Shown one piece after another: positions 9,229 through 19,651 of a stretch of 64,000 nt of DNA. Every line of letters starts with the position of its first letter. The stretch's first letter is position 1. A program made the position numbers and the translations under genes. The DNA is from an uncultured Methanosarcinales archaeon (GTDB lineage Archaea > Nanobdellota > Nanobdellia > Woesearchaeales > UBA9642), in contig CAZJFT010000001.1 of the NCBI GenBank assembly GCA_964545585.1, positions 6,056 through 70,055 on the forward strand, in the 5' to 3' direction. Under the pieces are notes generated by a model that searched no databases, was not told the DNA's origin, and was given only the letters and a program-made list of their open reading frames with translations.

Positions 9229-10869
9229 ATGAAAAAGACATTTAGCATAAAATCAAGAAATAAAATCAAAAAGACATTAAAGAAAATACTCTGGGGCATA
9301 ATCTTCTTGACAACGATATATGCGGCCAATTCATTGCAATTCACAGAAATAATGTACAATCCCCAAGGCAGTGATACAGGCAGGGAGTGGATCGAGCTTT
9401 CAAATCCTGGATGCGAGAACTTAGAAGAGTATAAGCTTCTGGAGAATAACATAAATCACAATATAATACGTTATTCTGAAGGCATATGCAATAATACGAT
9501 AATATGTGACGATTGCGGCCTGTTCTTGGATGATTATAATGTTAGCTCCTTAATTTATGAAAGCTCGTTCACTCTCAGCAACACAGGTGAATTCATTGCA
9601 ATCACATATAATAACACAATCGTAGATTACGTGAATTACACAAATATGGAAAACATAGAAGGCATGTCCATAACAATGCAGGACGAATGGGTGCATATGG
9701 TGCCGACTCCAGGATACCATATAATTTTGAACATGAGCATCAATCAGACAAACAATCAAACAGATAACCAGACAATAAACATCACAATTAACCAGACAGT
9801 CGATCAGACGATGAACGACACCATAAACCTGACAATTAACATTACGACAAATGAAACCATAAACAGTAGCACAAATAACGATACAGGCAACATGATAATA
9901 ACTAATTCTACAGGTAAAGAAGAGAAATGCAATGTAACAATAGGGTTGAAGATAAAGGAGGAAAAAGGAATATATTATAATAAGGACACTATAAAGTTCT
10001 ATAACACTCTGAACGTGACACCTGCACAAAAAAAGGAATTCTATATAGAATACTGGATTGAAGACGTATACGGGAACATATTGAAGAACAAAGTCCAGAC
10101 GAACAACTTAAATGAGAAGACATACACTCCGAACACGAATGAGAGGACGATTGCGGCAGTATTCAAGAATCGAATAATAAACATCACTTGTGATTATGGG
10201 GAGGCAAACATCCTGAATGAAACTGCAGAGGATATGATAGTTATAAAGAATCTGGAATATAAAGAAAAAGAGTGCGAAAAATGCGAAAAATACTATTCTG
10301 ATAAAGATGCAGAAAAGGAATCGCAATTGAAGACAAATATAGATGAAGATATCCTGAAAATTGAAGCATATCGCGGAAACGACAGGAAATATATCATAAA
10401 TACAGCAATAAAAAATGGGAAAGACAGGAACGCAATAACGCCGATTAAGATAAGTTTAGAAAAATATTCCGGAATGACCATCGACATCCCTATATTAATA
10501 GGAGATTGCGGACAATATAGGATAATCACTGAAGGATTAGGCTTCATAGAGGAGAAAGGATATGTGATTGAATGCAAAGATACGGATTATGACGGATTAC
10601 AAAATGAAAAGACAGAAAAGATAGTTGCAATTGAACCTATAGAAAAAGGACAAACAGGACAAATAGAACAACAAGAAGCAGGAAACGCGACAACAAATAT
10701 TTCGCAGTTCTTCCACAACAGCATCACAGGAAAAGTCATGTATGAATCAAGGAATGAAGAAACAAAAAAGTATAGTCTTATAGGCACAATATTTCTGATT
10801 TCTGGTTCTGCGATATATGCAGCATATAAGCTATTTATAGCGAAGAAAACCACACCAAAAGATTTATAA
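9229..10869 (+). CDS. Surface protein with lamin-tail-like domain, sequon-rich stalk and C-terminal membrane anchor
   Basis: Signal-like N-terminus, TEIMYNPQGSDTGREWIEL (LTD signature), N-x-T repeats, ITGKVMYES then TM helix. Confidence 0.8.
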   Translation: MKKTFSIKSRNKIKKTLKKILWGIIFLTTIYAANSLQFTEIMYNPQGSDTGREWIELSNPGCENLEEYKLLENNINHNIIRYSEGICNNTIICDDCGLFLDDYNVSSLIYESSFTLSNTGEFIAITYNNTIVDYVNYTNMENIEGMSITMQDEWVHMVPTPGYHIILNMSINQTNNQTDNQTINITINQTVDQTMNDTINLTINITTNETINSSTNNDTGNMIITNSTGKEEKCNVTIGLKIKEEKGIYYNKDTIKFYNTLNVTPAQKKEFYIEYWIEDVYGNILKNKVQTNNLNEKTYTPNTNERTIAAVFKNRIINITCDYGEANILNETAEDMIVIKNLEYKEKECEKCEKYYSDKDAEKESQLKTNIDEDILKIEAYRGNDRKYIINTAIKNGKDRNAITPIKISLEKYSGMTIDIPILIGDCGQYRIITEGLGFIEEKGYVIECKDTDYDGLQNEKTEKIVAIEPIEKGQTGQIEQQEAGNATTNISQFFHNSITGKVMYESRNEETKKYSLIGTIFLISGSAIYAAYKLFIAKKTTPKDL

Positions 10870-10892
10870 AAAACATCACTCTCTTTCAGAGT

Positions 10893-11480
10893 ATGAAAGA
10901 CAAGGAAATAAAGGAATTTATAGCAAAAGGACATATATTATGCAAAGTAATATTTGAGATGGCCGGGAACCCTAAAGAGCACGTTGAATCTTCATTGAAA
11001 AAATACATTTCTGCAATAAAAGAAGATCCTAATTATATATTCATGAACGAATATTTCGCTCCTGCAGAAGAGAATGAAGGAATATGGAGCACTTTCTTCG
11101 AATCGGACGTGCTTGTATCAAATTTCGAGAAGTTGAACTTGCTTTGTTTCAACCTGACTCCTGCAAGCATAGAGATAATAGAGCCAGAAAATTTTACATT
11201 GACACAAAAAGAGCTGACATATTGGTATAATGACCTGCTGTCCAAGCTACATGAAGTATCTATCACATTGAAAAACTTCACTTCTGAGAATGAGATGCTG
11301 AAAGTAAACCTAAATAGGGCCATAAGGAACAGCATAGTTCTATCATTAACAGAACCTAAGTCGGTTGAAGAGATATCTGCAAAAGTAGGGATAGACAAGG
11401 AGCATATACAACCATTCATAGATGCGTTAGTTAAAGAGAAGAGCATAATTGTCGACGGTAATAAATATATGAAAAAATGA
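10893..11480 (+). CDS. Conserved-looking archaeal hypothetical protein with probable C-terminal winged helix
   Basis: PASIEIIEP segment, SVEEISAKVGID HTH-like end; overlaps scpB start by 4 nt. Confidence 0.75.
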   Translation: MKDKEIKEFIAKGHILCKVIFEMAGNPKEHVESSLKKYISAIKEDPNYIFMNEYFAPAEENEGIWSTFFESDVLVSNFEKLNLLCFNLTPASIEIIEPENFTLTQKELTYWYNDLLSKLHEVSITLKNFTSENEMLKVNLNRAIRNSIVLSLTEPKSVEEISAKVGIDKEHIQPFIDALVKEKSIIVDGNKYMKK

Positions 11481-12670
11481 AGAGTTCTAAGAAAAATAAA
11501 AGTAAGAATCTATCGATAAAGAAAAAAAATTCTAAGAAGATAGTTGAAAATCCGAAAATTAAACAAAAAAGGGAAATTAAGAAACCTGAGATAGAAGAAA
11601 TAAAGCAAGAAACACTCCCTATAAAAGAAAAGATAATTGAAACCCTTATAGAGGATAAAATAGAAGAAGAACCTCTTGTTGAAGATGTTGAAAAAATATC
11701 GCCTGAGCCAGTAAAAGCAAAATCAGGAAAAAAAACAATTATAAAAACTGAAGAGGATATAAATGATGAAAAAAATAAGGTCGAAGCGCTCCTTTTTGCA
11801 CACGGAAAATATATTGATGAATCGATGATATCTGAACTCTGCGGCGTAGACAAAAGACGACTGAAGAGAGTGTTGGAGAACTTAAGAGAAGATTATGAAA
11901 AAAAAGATTCTGCGCTTGCAATATTCCAAGAAGGAAACAGCTGGAAGATAAATGTGAGGGAGAAATATCTTTCAATAGTAAGAAAAATAGTCGCTGACAC
12001 TGAATTGCCTAAATCAGTCATGGAAACATTGGCAGTCATAGCATGGAAGTCGCCTATATATCAATCCGAGATCGTCAGGATAAGAGGAAACAAATGCTAT
12101 GACCATATAGATGTATTGGAAGAAGCGGGATTTGTCACCAAAGACAAGAAAGGGAGAAGCTATGTACTGAAAACGACAGACAAGTTCTACAATTACTTCG
12201 AGATAGATCATGGGAATCTCAAGAGCATATTCGAAGAGGTCAAGGTGCCCATAAAAGAGGAGCAGAAGACGCTTGAAGAAGACATCAAAGTCCCTGAGAA
12301 TATTGATATTGAGAAGAAGATAGAGCATATAGAAGTTAAGAAATGGACAGAGACAGATGAAGAAAAAGAGCAGCAAAGACAATTTCTTGATATGATGGAA
12401 GGAAAAATACAGGAAGTCAAGCAGAAGACTGCGATTTTTGAGGAAGAGATGCCAAGTCCTAAGAGGGAAGTCACGATAATAGAGGAGACAATAATAGCGG
12501 TTCCTAAAAATGAAGAGGTACCAGAATCTTCGGAAAAGGAGAATCCCAAAAATTACGCGGAAGCAACCCAAGAAGACAATAAAAGACCTAAATCATTGAC
12601 AAAGAAGCAGCTTGAAAAGAAATTCCGTGATGAACTTCTCAGAGTAAGAGAAAAGATGGAGAAGAAATGA
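11477..12670 (+). CDS. scpB: SMC-Scp complex subunit ScpB with long charged extensions
   Basis: VEALLFA, METLAVIAWKSPIYQSEIVRIRG, YDHIDVL, TTDKFYNYF. Confidence 0.88.
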   Translation: MKSSKKNKSKNLSIKKKNSKKIVENPKIKQKREIKKPEIEEIKQETLPIKEKIIETLIEDKIEEEPLVEDVEKISPEPVKAKSGKKTIIKTEEDINDEKNKVEALLFAHGKYIDESMISELCGVDKRRLKRVLENLREDYEKKDSALAIFQEGNSWKINVREKYLSIVRKIVADTELPKSVMETLAVIAWKSPIYQSEIVRIRGNKCYDHIDVLEEAGFVTKDKKGRSYVLKTTDKFYNYFEIDHGNLKSIFEEVKVPIKEEQKTLEEDIKVPENIDIEKKIEHIEVKKWTETDEEKEQQRQFLDMMEGKIQEVKQKTAIFEEEMPSPKREVTIIEETIIAVPKNEEVPESSEKENPKNYAEATQEDNKRPKSLTKKQLEKKFRDELLRVREKMEKK

Positions 12671-13269
12671 TATCTGTAGATATCGAATCCAGTGGAGGAG
12701 ATTTTCTCAAGCACGGCATATTCCAGATAGGTGCGATAGACACTGATAACCCTAATAATTATTTCTTGGAGACATGCAGGATTGACGACGATGATGAGAT
12801 AGATCCACAAGCGATAATTATAACGGGCGCGAACGAAGAATCATTGAGGGATGAATCATTGCAGAGCCAGAAAGAGATGATCGAGAAATTCATCAAATGG
12901 ATGGAAACAGTACAGATAAAGAATTTCTTGTGCCATAATCCGCAATTTGACCATGCATTCATAAGATGTAAATTAAGCAAATATAATCTTCCAGATATCC
13001 TTGCATGGAGGGCCTTCGACATACACAGCATCGCGAGCTTGAAGTTTCTCGAGACAACAGGAAGCCTTTTTATAAAAGACAATGAAAGCGCCATAACCCT
13101 ATCTGCAATCATAAAATTCTGCGGCATCGATTATGAACGTGGAGAGCATAATGCTCTTGAGGATGCTGAACTGACAGCAGAATGCTACGCGCGGATAATG
13201 TATGGACGAAATCTCTTGAAGAAATATTCTGGACACCCTATACCGGAGCATTTGAGAAACAATCATTAA
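12667..13269 (+). CDS. DEDDh 3'-5' exonuclease
   Basis: VDIESSG (ExoI), HNPQFD (ExoII), HNALEDA (ExoIII). Confidence 0.9.
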   Translation: MISVDIESSGGDFLKHGIFQIGAIDTDNPNNYFLETCRIDDDDEIDPQAIIITGANEESLRDESLQSQKEMIEKFIKWMETVQIKNFLCHNPQFDHAFIRCKLSKYNLPDILAWRAFDIHSIASLKFLETTGSLFIKDNESAITLSAIIKFCGIDYERGEHNALEDAELTAECYARIMYGRNLLKKYSGHPIPEHLRNNH

Positions 13270-13299
13270 ATTAATAAAACATTCATCATTTCTCAAACA

Positions 13300-13611
13300 A
13301 TGAAATTCTGCCCGAAATGCAAATCATTATTGAAGCCGAAAAATGGAACTTTATCATGCAGTTGCGGATATTCTCAAAGCGGAACAACAACATTAAAGAT
13401 AGAGCATGAACAGGAGCATACAATTATTGATGTCAAAGAGACAGATGGCCTTGAAAGTCTTCCAAGAACAGAAGAAGAATGCCCAAAATGCGGCAACAGC
13501 GAAGCATATTTTGGGACACAGCAAACAGGACCGTCCGACGAACCTGAAATAATAATATACAAATGCACAAAATGCAAACATACTTGGAGAAGCACAAACC
13601 ATCCATACTAA
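13300..13611 (+). CDS. tfs: Transcription factor S (TFS/RPB9-RPC11 family)
   Basis: MKFCPKC...CSCG N-terminal zinc ribbon and CPKC...QTGPSDEP...CTKC C-terminal ribbon with acidic DE. Confidence 0.85.
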   Translation: MKFCPKCKSLLKPKNGTLSCSCGYSQSGTTTLKIEHEQEHTIIDVKETDGLESLPRTEEECPKCGNSEAYFGTQQTGPSDEPEIIIYKCTKCKHTWRSTNHPY

Positions 13612-13642
13612 TCATTTATTAACTTAAAATAACTTAAAAAAA

Positions 13643-13801
13643 ATGATAATCGTAAAATGTCCCAAATGTAAACACGACATGAAATACGATCCCAAAAGCG
13701 GAGCCATAACTTCTAAATCCAAACGCTGCGTCTATTGCGGATATACTTTCAAGATACATTCTAACATAGAAAAGAGCAGGATTGTTAAAATAGAAAAATA
13801 A
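13643..13801 (+). CDS. 52-aa zinc-ribbon microprotein (MIIVKCPKCKHDM...RCVYCGYTF)
   Basis: Hand translation; two CxxC pairs; TTTATTAA box about 25 nt upstream; below ORF-track cutoff. Confidence 0.75.
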   Translation: MIIVKCPKCKHDMKYDPKSGAITSKSKRCVYCGYTFKIHSNIEKSRIVKIEK

Positions 13802-13927
13802 ACTAGAAAAATCATGAATAACTATTTTCTCGTCTATAAATCCCTGAAAATCCAACCGTAACACTTATAAATATGCGTTATTTCTGCGGATGAGAGGGAA
13901 GAGGTAAAAATAGCATAATAAAATAAA

Positions 13928-16411
13928 ATGTCCGACGATAACATAGTGCAGGATCCTAACGTAAACAATGGAAATAATGGCAATTCTAAGATAATAGCTC
14001 AGCCTATTGAAGATGAGATGAAGAAATCATATTTAGATTATGCCATGTCTGTAATAGTCGGAAGAGCACTCCCTGACGTAAAAGACGGCCTTAAGCCGGT
14101 GCATAGAAGAATACTTTATGCGATGAATGAGTTGAGCAACACGTACAATAAACCATTCAAGAAGTGTGCAAGAATCGTTGGAGAGGTCCTCGGTAAGTAT
14201 CATCCTCATGGAGACAGTGCAGTATATGACTCTCTTGTAAGGATGGCACAGGATTTCTCATTAAGATATCCTCTTGTCCAGGGACAAGGTAACTTTGGCT
14301 CCATAGATGGAGATAATGCTGCAGCGATGAGATATACTGAAGCGAGGCTTTCACGAATAAGCGATGAGATGCTTCAGGACATAGATAAAGATACCGTAGA
14401 ATTCACGCCGAATTTCGATGGCACACTGAAAGAGCCTATAGTTTTACCGAGCAAATTTCCTAATCTATTGGTGAATGGTAGTTCGGGCATTGCGGTAGGC
14501 ATGGCGACAAATATCCCGCCGCACAATCTGAGGGAATCATGTGAGGCAGTAATTGCATTGATAGACAATCCTGAGATAACGATTGAAGAGATATCGCAGA
14601 TTGTAAAGGGACCGGATTTCCCCACAGGCGCAGAGATTGTGGGAAGAAAAGGGATAATCGATGCATACAAGAACGGCAAAGGCATAATACGAATAAGGTC
14701 TATAATAGATATAGAGAAAAAGAAAGAGAAGAATAGGCTCGTTGTAAAGGAAATACCTTACCAAGTCAATAAAGCAACGCTCGTAGAGGACATAGCGAAT
14801 CTTGTCAGGGACAAGAAGATAACAGAGATATCTGACTTGAGGGATGAATCGGACAGGGACGGGGTAAGGATAGTCATTGAGTTGAAGAAGGATGCAAATC
14901 CAGAGATAGTCAAGAACTTATTGTATAATCATTCAAGATTGCAGGACACATTTGGGATAAACTTCGTCGCGCTAGTGAACAATGAACCGCGGCTTTTGAG
15001 CATAAAATCTTATTTGAGCAATTATCTCGATCATAGGATAACAATAGTACGCAAGAGGACAGCATATGACCTCAAGAAGGCAGAGGAGAGAGCACACATA
15101 CTTGAGGGGTTAAGGATAGCTCTCAAGAATATCGATCCCATAGTCGCACTCATAAAGAAGAGCAAGTCTGCAGATGACGCAAAGAAAGGACTCATAGAAG
15201 GATATGCGCTCACTGAAGTGCAGGCGGCAGCAATACTTGACATGAAGCTCCAGAGGATTGCTGTACTTGAGCAGGAAAAGATAAACAATGAATTCAATGA
15301 TCTGATGGTTAAGATAAAGGAATACAAAGAGATACTTGATTCAGAAGTAAGAATAAGAGACATAATAAAATCAGAGATGAGCGAGATAATAAGTACATAT
15401 TCAAAGAATGATTCAAGAAAGACAAAGATAATCGATGTGGCAGATGAAGAATTAGACTTTGAAGTAGAGGACTTGATACCTGATGAGCCGGTAGTCATAA
15501 CGCTCACGCATTCAGGATATGTAAAGAGGGTCCCTACAGAGTATTATAAGGTACAGAACAGGGGTGGACGAGGGATAATAGCATCAGATTTGAAAGAAGG
15601 AGACTACATTGAAGACGTGTTCGTCGCAAAGACACACTCATATTTATTGATAATAACGAACAAAGGAACATTACATTGGATGAAAGTATACAAGATACCT
15701 GACGCATCAAGACAATCCATGGGCAAGGCAATAGTCAACCTGCTAGAGCTTGATGCCGATGAAAAAGTGAATGCGATAATCCCTGTAAGGGAATTCGATG
15801 ATAAGCATTATCTAGTCATGGCCACGAAGAACGGGACAATAAAGAAGACAAACTTGATAGAATTCAGCAATCCCCGAAAAGGCGGCATAATGGCCATAAA
15901 TATAGATTCAGAGAATAATGACAGACTAATAAATGTAAGGATGACAGATGGAACGAAGAATATCATGATCGCTACAAAGGGTGGTCAGGCAGCATTATTT
16001 GATGAACAGGACGTAAGGCCTACAGGAAGACAATCACAGGGAGTCAGAGGAATAAAGCTTGAGAAAGATGACGAAGTCATAGGAATGATAATAGCCGATC
16101 CTGACAAGCAAGTCCTTACATTGACAGAGAACGGTTATGGAAAGAGGACACCAACAGCGGAGTACAGGCTTATATCAAGAGGCGGAAAAGGCGTCAGGAA
16201 CATATTATGCTCAGAAAGGAATGGAAAAGTGGTTGCAGTTGTTGCTGTGAAAGATGAAGATGAAGTGATGTTGATAAGCAGGAAAGGAATACTCATAAGG
16301 ACAGAATGCTCACAGATATCACAAGTCGGCAGAAGCACGCAAGGCGTAAGGTTGATGAAATTATCGGCCGGTGACAAGGCCACAAGCATGACTAAAATCA
16401 TGAAAGAATAG
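13928..16411 (+). CDS. gyrA: DNA gyrase subunit A
   Basis: [38 protein letters not shown] catalytic Tyr, GyrA box QNRGGRG, beta-pinwheel repeats. Confidence 0.97.
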   Translation: MSDDNIVQDPNVNNGNNGNSKIIAQPIEDEMKKSYLDYAMSVIVGRALPDVKDGLKPVHRRILYAMNELSNTYNKPFKKCARIVGEVLGKYHPHGDSAVYDSLVRMAQDFSLRYPLVQGQGNFGSIDGDNAAAMRYTEARLSRISDEMLQDIDKDTVEFTPNFDGTLKEPIVLPSKFPNLLVNGSSGIAVGMATNIPPHNLRESCEAVIALIDNPEITIEEISQIVKGPDFPTGAEIVGRKGIIDAYKNGKGIIRIRSIIDIEKKKEKNRLVVKEIPYQVNKATLVEDIANLVRDKKITEISDLRDESDRDGVRIVIELKKDANPEIVKNLLYNHSRLQDTFGINFVALVNNEPRLLSIKSYLSNYLDHRITIVRKRTAYDLKKAEERAHILEGLRIALKNIDPIVALIKKSKSADDAKKGLIEGYALTEVQAAAILDMKLQRIAVLEQEKINNEFNDLMVKIKEYKEILDSEVRIRDIIKSEMSEIISTYSKNDSRKTKIIDVADEELDFEVEDLIPDEPVVITLTHSGYVKRVPTEYYKVQNRGGRGIIASDLKEGDYIEDVFVAKTHSYLLIITNKGTLHWMKVYKIPDASRQSMGKAIVNLLELDADEKVNAIIPVREFDDKHYLVMATKNGTIKKTNLIEFSNPRKGGIMAINIDSENNDRLINVRMTDGTKNIMIATKGGQAALFDEQDVRPTGRQSQGVRGIKLEKDDEVIGMIIADPDKQVLTLTENGYGKRTPTAEYRLISRGGKGVRNILCSERNGKVVAVVAVKDEDEVMLISRKGILIRTECSQISQVGRSTQGVRLMKLSAGDKATSMTKIMKE

Positions 16412-16713
16412 GTTAGATAATAAATCGTTTTCTAATTTTCAAGAATTAAAAAAAAATACAATGCAATTACCGATAGACCTTTGAGGTCGAACCATTAATG
16501 TCCTGCTCTTCTGATTGCTCCTTTAAGCCGTTGCCCTCGTAAATACTGTGGAGAGACGATTATTGGAATTGTTGTAGGCTATTGATTATGAGTTAACAAT
16601 TATACGTTTACCGTTCATTCTTAATTTCAATAACACTCTTTTTCCCAAGTCTGCCTAGGCCAATTCCAGGCCCCAATCTCTTTTTTTGTCCATTATCCAA
16701 GCGAGTCACTTGC

Positions 16714-16884
16714 TTATTTTTCCTGCTTGACACTGTTAGATGTTTCTGCAGGCGGTTTACTCTTCTGAACTAACTTTATCCTTTCCTTTTGCACTTTTGT
16801 GCGGATCGGATTATGGTCCATCTCTAAGTCTTCTCTTTCCTCCTTCGGCAATTGCATTGTCTTTTCAAGAACTTTGAATGCCAT
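16714..16884 (-). CDS. Possible 56-aa charged microprotein (MAFKVLEKTMQLPKEERED...)
   Basis: Hand translation only; no motif; lies in a 1-kb gene-poor interval. Confidence 0.3.
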   Translation of the reverse strand: MAFKVLEKTMQLPKEEREDLEMDHNPIRTKVQKERIKLVQKSKPPAETSNSVKQEK

Positions 16885-17123
16885 CTTTTCATATAATCCT
16901 TATTCAAGATGATAATTCATTTTGGCGTTCTTGTTCTTGATTATGTAATTTCTTTGCCGCTGCTTTTATGTCGCTTTTGTCACTTCTCCCAACATTTTTT
17001 TTGCTCAACAATTGCTTGTATATTGCTACATGGTTTTTTCTGTCGTCGCTTTAAGTCGTCGCTGTCAATTCTTGTGACTATGAGGGTCCCTCCAAACATC
17101 CTCTGCCTGGAGGGGTGGATTGC

Positions 17124-17189
17124 GTGAATACTTTAGCGCGAAGCGATAAAGTTCTGAACGTATAGTGAACGAACTTTAGCATGATTCAC
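17124..17189. repeat. Branched palindromic (REP-like) element
   Basis: GTGAAT/ATTCAC outer stem, CTTTA/TAAAG and TAAAGTTC/GAACTTTA stems, loops GCGCGAAGCGA and GAACGTATAGTGA. Confidence 0.55.
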
Positions 17190-17405
17190 ATGATTTTGAA
17201 TATTCTGCCATCTATCTCATGTTTTTTTGGCTAAATCAAAGGTGTTGTTGAATTGTTAGTCTCTTCGCTAAATTCAAAACGACTGTAAATAAGGGTGTAG
17301 CTAAGCTTCTGCATAACTGCTTTTCCTTTTTTTGCATAGGCCTCCTGTTTTTGTCCAAAAGCATTTGGACTTTGAAGGTGCGAAATCAACCGCCAATACA
17401 TTCAA

Positions 17406-18227
17406 TCATTTTTGAATTGATTTCTGCAGTTCTGCTATGGCCTTATTCAAGTCTTCCAACTTCTCTCCAACAATCTTGCTTATCTGCTCGTCAGATTTCA
17501 GTCTCTCAAAGCTCTGCATTAAAATCTCTTTCATCCGAGTAGTTTCTGCTAGTGCTGTTGTTGTTGACTCTTTGTTCCAGCCTATTTTTCTTTTGTTGAA
17601 TTCTTCTAACAATTCAACAAGCCTTGATAGTGAATGGTTGATGCTGTTAGTCATTAATGACATGTGCATCATTGATTTGTGGGGGTCATGGATCATGATT
17701 CTTGATTCATTGAATGTCTGCAATGCATCGATCAGTGTCAGGTTCAGAACGTCAAGCTCCTTTGCAAGCGCCTTGTCTGTTTTTGCTGCTTTCGTTTTCG
17801 AAAGCTTTTCTTGCAGTTCTTTTGACTGATTCCTGAACAAGTACAATTCTGTTATTACTTTGTGCGTCGCTTCCTCAAAGGACAGTTCTTTTATCTCTTC
17901 AAGGATCTGCTCTTGCTTCATCGAAACGAGCTTTCCGATGAACAGCCCTATTAGGCTTACGCTTCCTATCGCTTCAAGCACGGCGAGTGCCTTTGCGATT
18001 CCGATGGGGGCGATGTTTCCATATCCTAATGTCAATGCTGTAGTGAAACTGAAATATATCGAGTTGCCGAGCCCTTCGATGCTTGTGGTCAATGCCTGAC
18101 CATTGTGCATTATTGTTGCGCCTGCAAACGATAGCCCATAATAGAGGGCGCTGAACAATGCGACGTTGGAAATCCAATATGTCGCTATCTGTCTGACTGT
18201 GATTCTTTCAAATACTTCGGTCTTCAT
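17406..18227 (-). CDS. Two-TM potassium channel family protein with helical cytoplasmic tail
   Basis: YFSFTTALTLGYGNIAP selectivity filter between two TM helices. Confidence 0.9.
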   Translation of the reverse strand: MKTEVFERITVRQIATYWISNVALFSALYYGLSFAGATIMHNGQALTTSIEGLGNSIYFSFTTALTLGYGNIAPIGIAKALAVLEAIGSVSLIGLFIGKLVSMKQEQILEEIKELSFEEATHKVITELYLFRNQSKELQEKLSKTKAAKTDKALAKELDVLNLTLIDALQTFNESRIMIHDPHKSMMHMSLMTNSINHSLSRLVELLEEFNKRKIGWNKESTTTALAETTRMKEILMQSFERLKSDEQISKIVGEKLEDLNKAIAELQKSIQK

Positions 18228-18253
18228 TTTTGTTATGGATGTCTGTTTTTTCT

Positions 18254-18321
18254 AATGTTCAGGCCCCGTTACTGACCATCATCACATTTGGAGTGTATCT
18301 AGGTATACGCTTTTGTATACC
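18254..18321 (-). promoter_or_regulatory. Structured 5' leader of K+ channel gene: hairpin plus box C/D-type K-turn
   Basis: Minus strand: GGTATAC/GTATACC hairpin, then AATGT-GAT-GATGGTC...GGCCTGA-ACATT; TTTAAATA box at 18348-18355. Confidence 0.6.
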
Positions 18322-18527
18322 AATATCTATTTTAATGTCATAGCTTATATTTAAATGTTTTGTTTTGTGCGTATTTGTGCGGAAAAAATGGTCAAAAAAT
18401 AGCGATTTTTGCATAGTATAAAAAAATAAATAAAAATAAAGACAATTATTTTCAATATAGAAAATAAATAATTGAGTATTACTTTTTGAGCACAAAATTT
18501 AAAATCAAACAACAATTTCATCAAATA

Positions 18528-19592
18528 ATGCTAAACAAATATGCTAAGGAAGAACTTGAAAGACAACAATATAGGATAATAGGAGAACATTCTGCAGTAA
18601 AGGTATGCGGCTGGACAAAGAACATGATCAAAGGACAGGGTGGATGTTACAAGCTAAAATTCTATGGCATAATGAGCAATCAATGCATGCAGATGACGAC
18701 AAGCATGAGCTGCGCAAATAGATGTACATTCTGCTGGAGAGGATACAAAGCCCCCGTAAGTAAGGACTGGAAATGGGGAGTTGATGAACCTGAAATGATA
18801 CTCAAAGAGAGCATAAAAGCACATCATAAACTCCTTGAAGGATATGGAGGGATGCAGCATGCAAAAGCGGCATACCAAAAATCAAAGACAGTCAAACATG
18901 TGGCATTATCACTCACTGGTGAGCCGATAATATATCCAAAAATCAACGAGATAATTGAAGGGTTCAACAAGGAAGGGATAAGCACATTCCTTGTCACGAA
19001 TGCACAATATCCTGAAGCAATAAGGGATTTGAAGCCGGTAACGCAACTATATATAAGTCTAGATGCTCCGAACAAGGAATTATTGAAAGAGGTAGACCTG
19101 CCATTATTTGATGATTATTGGGAAAGACTCAATCAAAGCCTGGTTTATCTATCCCAGAAGAAGCAGCGCACATGCATAAGGATAACTGTGATAAAATCTG
19201 TCAATGACATAGAGCCCGATAAATATGCAGAATTGATAATGAAAGGAAACCCTGATTTTATTGAAGTCAAGGCATACATGCACGTAGGCGCTTCAAGACT
19301 TAGATTGAAAAGAGAGAACATGCCATTGCATGATGAAGTCACGGCATTCACAAAGGAATTGATTAAGCATTTGCCTGATTATGAGATGGTCTCAGAACAT
19401 AGGCCTTCAAGAGTGTGGATGCTTGCAAAAAAGAAGTTCAATATTGATGGAAAATGGTTTACATGGATAGATTTTGAGAAATGGAATGCGCTTGTGAATT
19501 CTGATGTTGAACCTTTAACAATGGATTACCTCAAATTGACAACTGTAGAGTCTGGCGCTGAAGAGAAGATAGAAGAGACGGCGCTAGATTAG
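18528..19592 (+). CDS. taw1: 4-demethylwyosine synthase TYW1/Taw1 (radical SAM)
   Basis: HSAVKVCGWT, CYKLKFYGI, CANRCTFCWR, HVALSLTGEP, FIEVKAYMHVG; start moved to ATG 18528. Confidence 0.94.
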   Translation: MLNKYAKEELERQQYRIIGEHSAVKVCGWTKNMIKGQGGCYKLKFYGIMSNQCMQMTTSMSCANRCTFCWRGYKAPVSKDWKWGVDEPEMILKESIKAHHKLLEGYGGMQHAKAAYQKSKTVKHVALSLTGEPIIYPKINEIIEGFNKEGISTFLVTNAQYPEAIRDLKPVTQLYISLDAPNKELLKEVDLPLFDDYWERLNQSLVYLSQKKQRTCIRITVIKSVNDIEPDKYAELIMKGNPDFIEVKAYMHVGASRLRLKRENMPLHDEVTAFTKELIKHLPDYEMVSEHRPSRVWMLAKKKFNIDGKWFTWIDFEKWNALVNSDVEPLTMDYLKLTTVESGAEEKIEETALD

Positions 19593-19651
19593 GTGTTTAA
19601 CTGAAAAGCTTTAAATAGTATTTCTGTGATTAAATCAGTAAAGAGGTGTTT

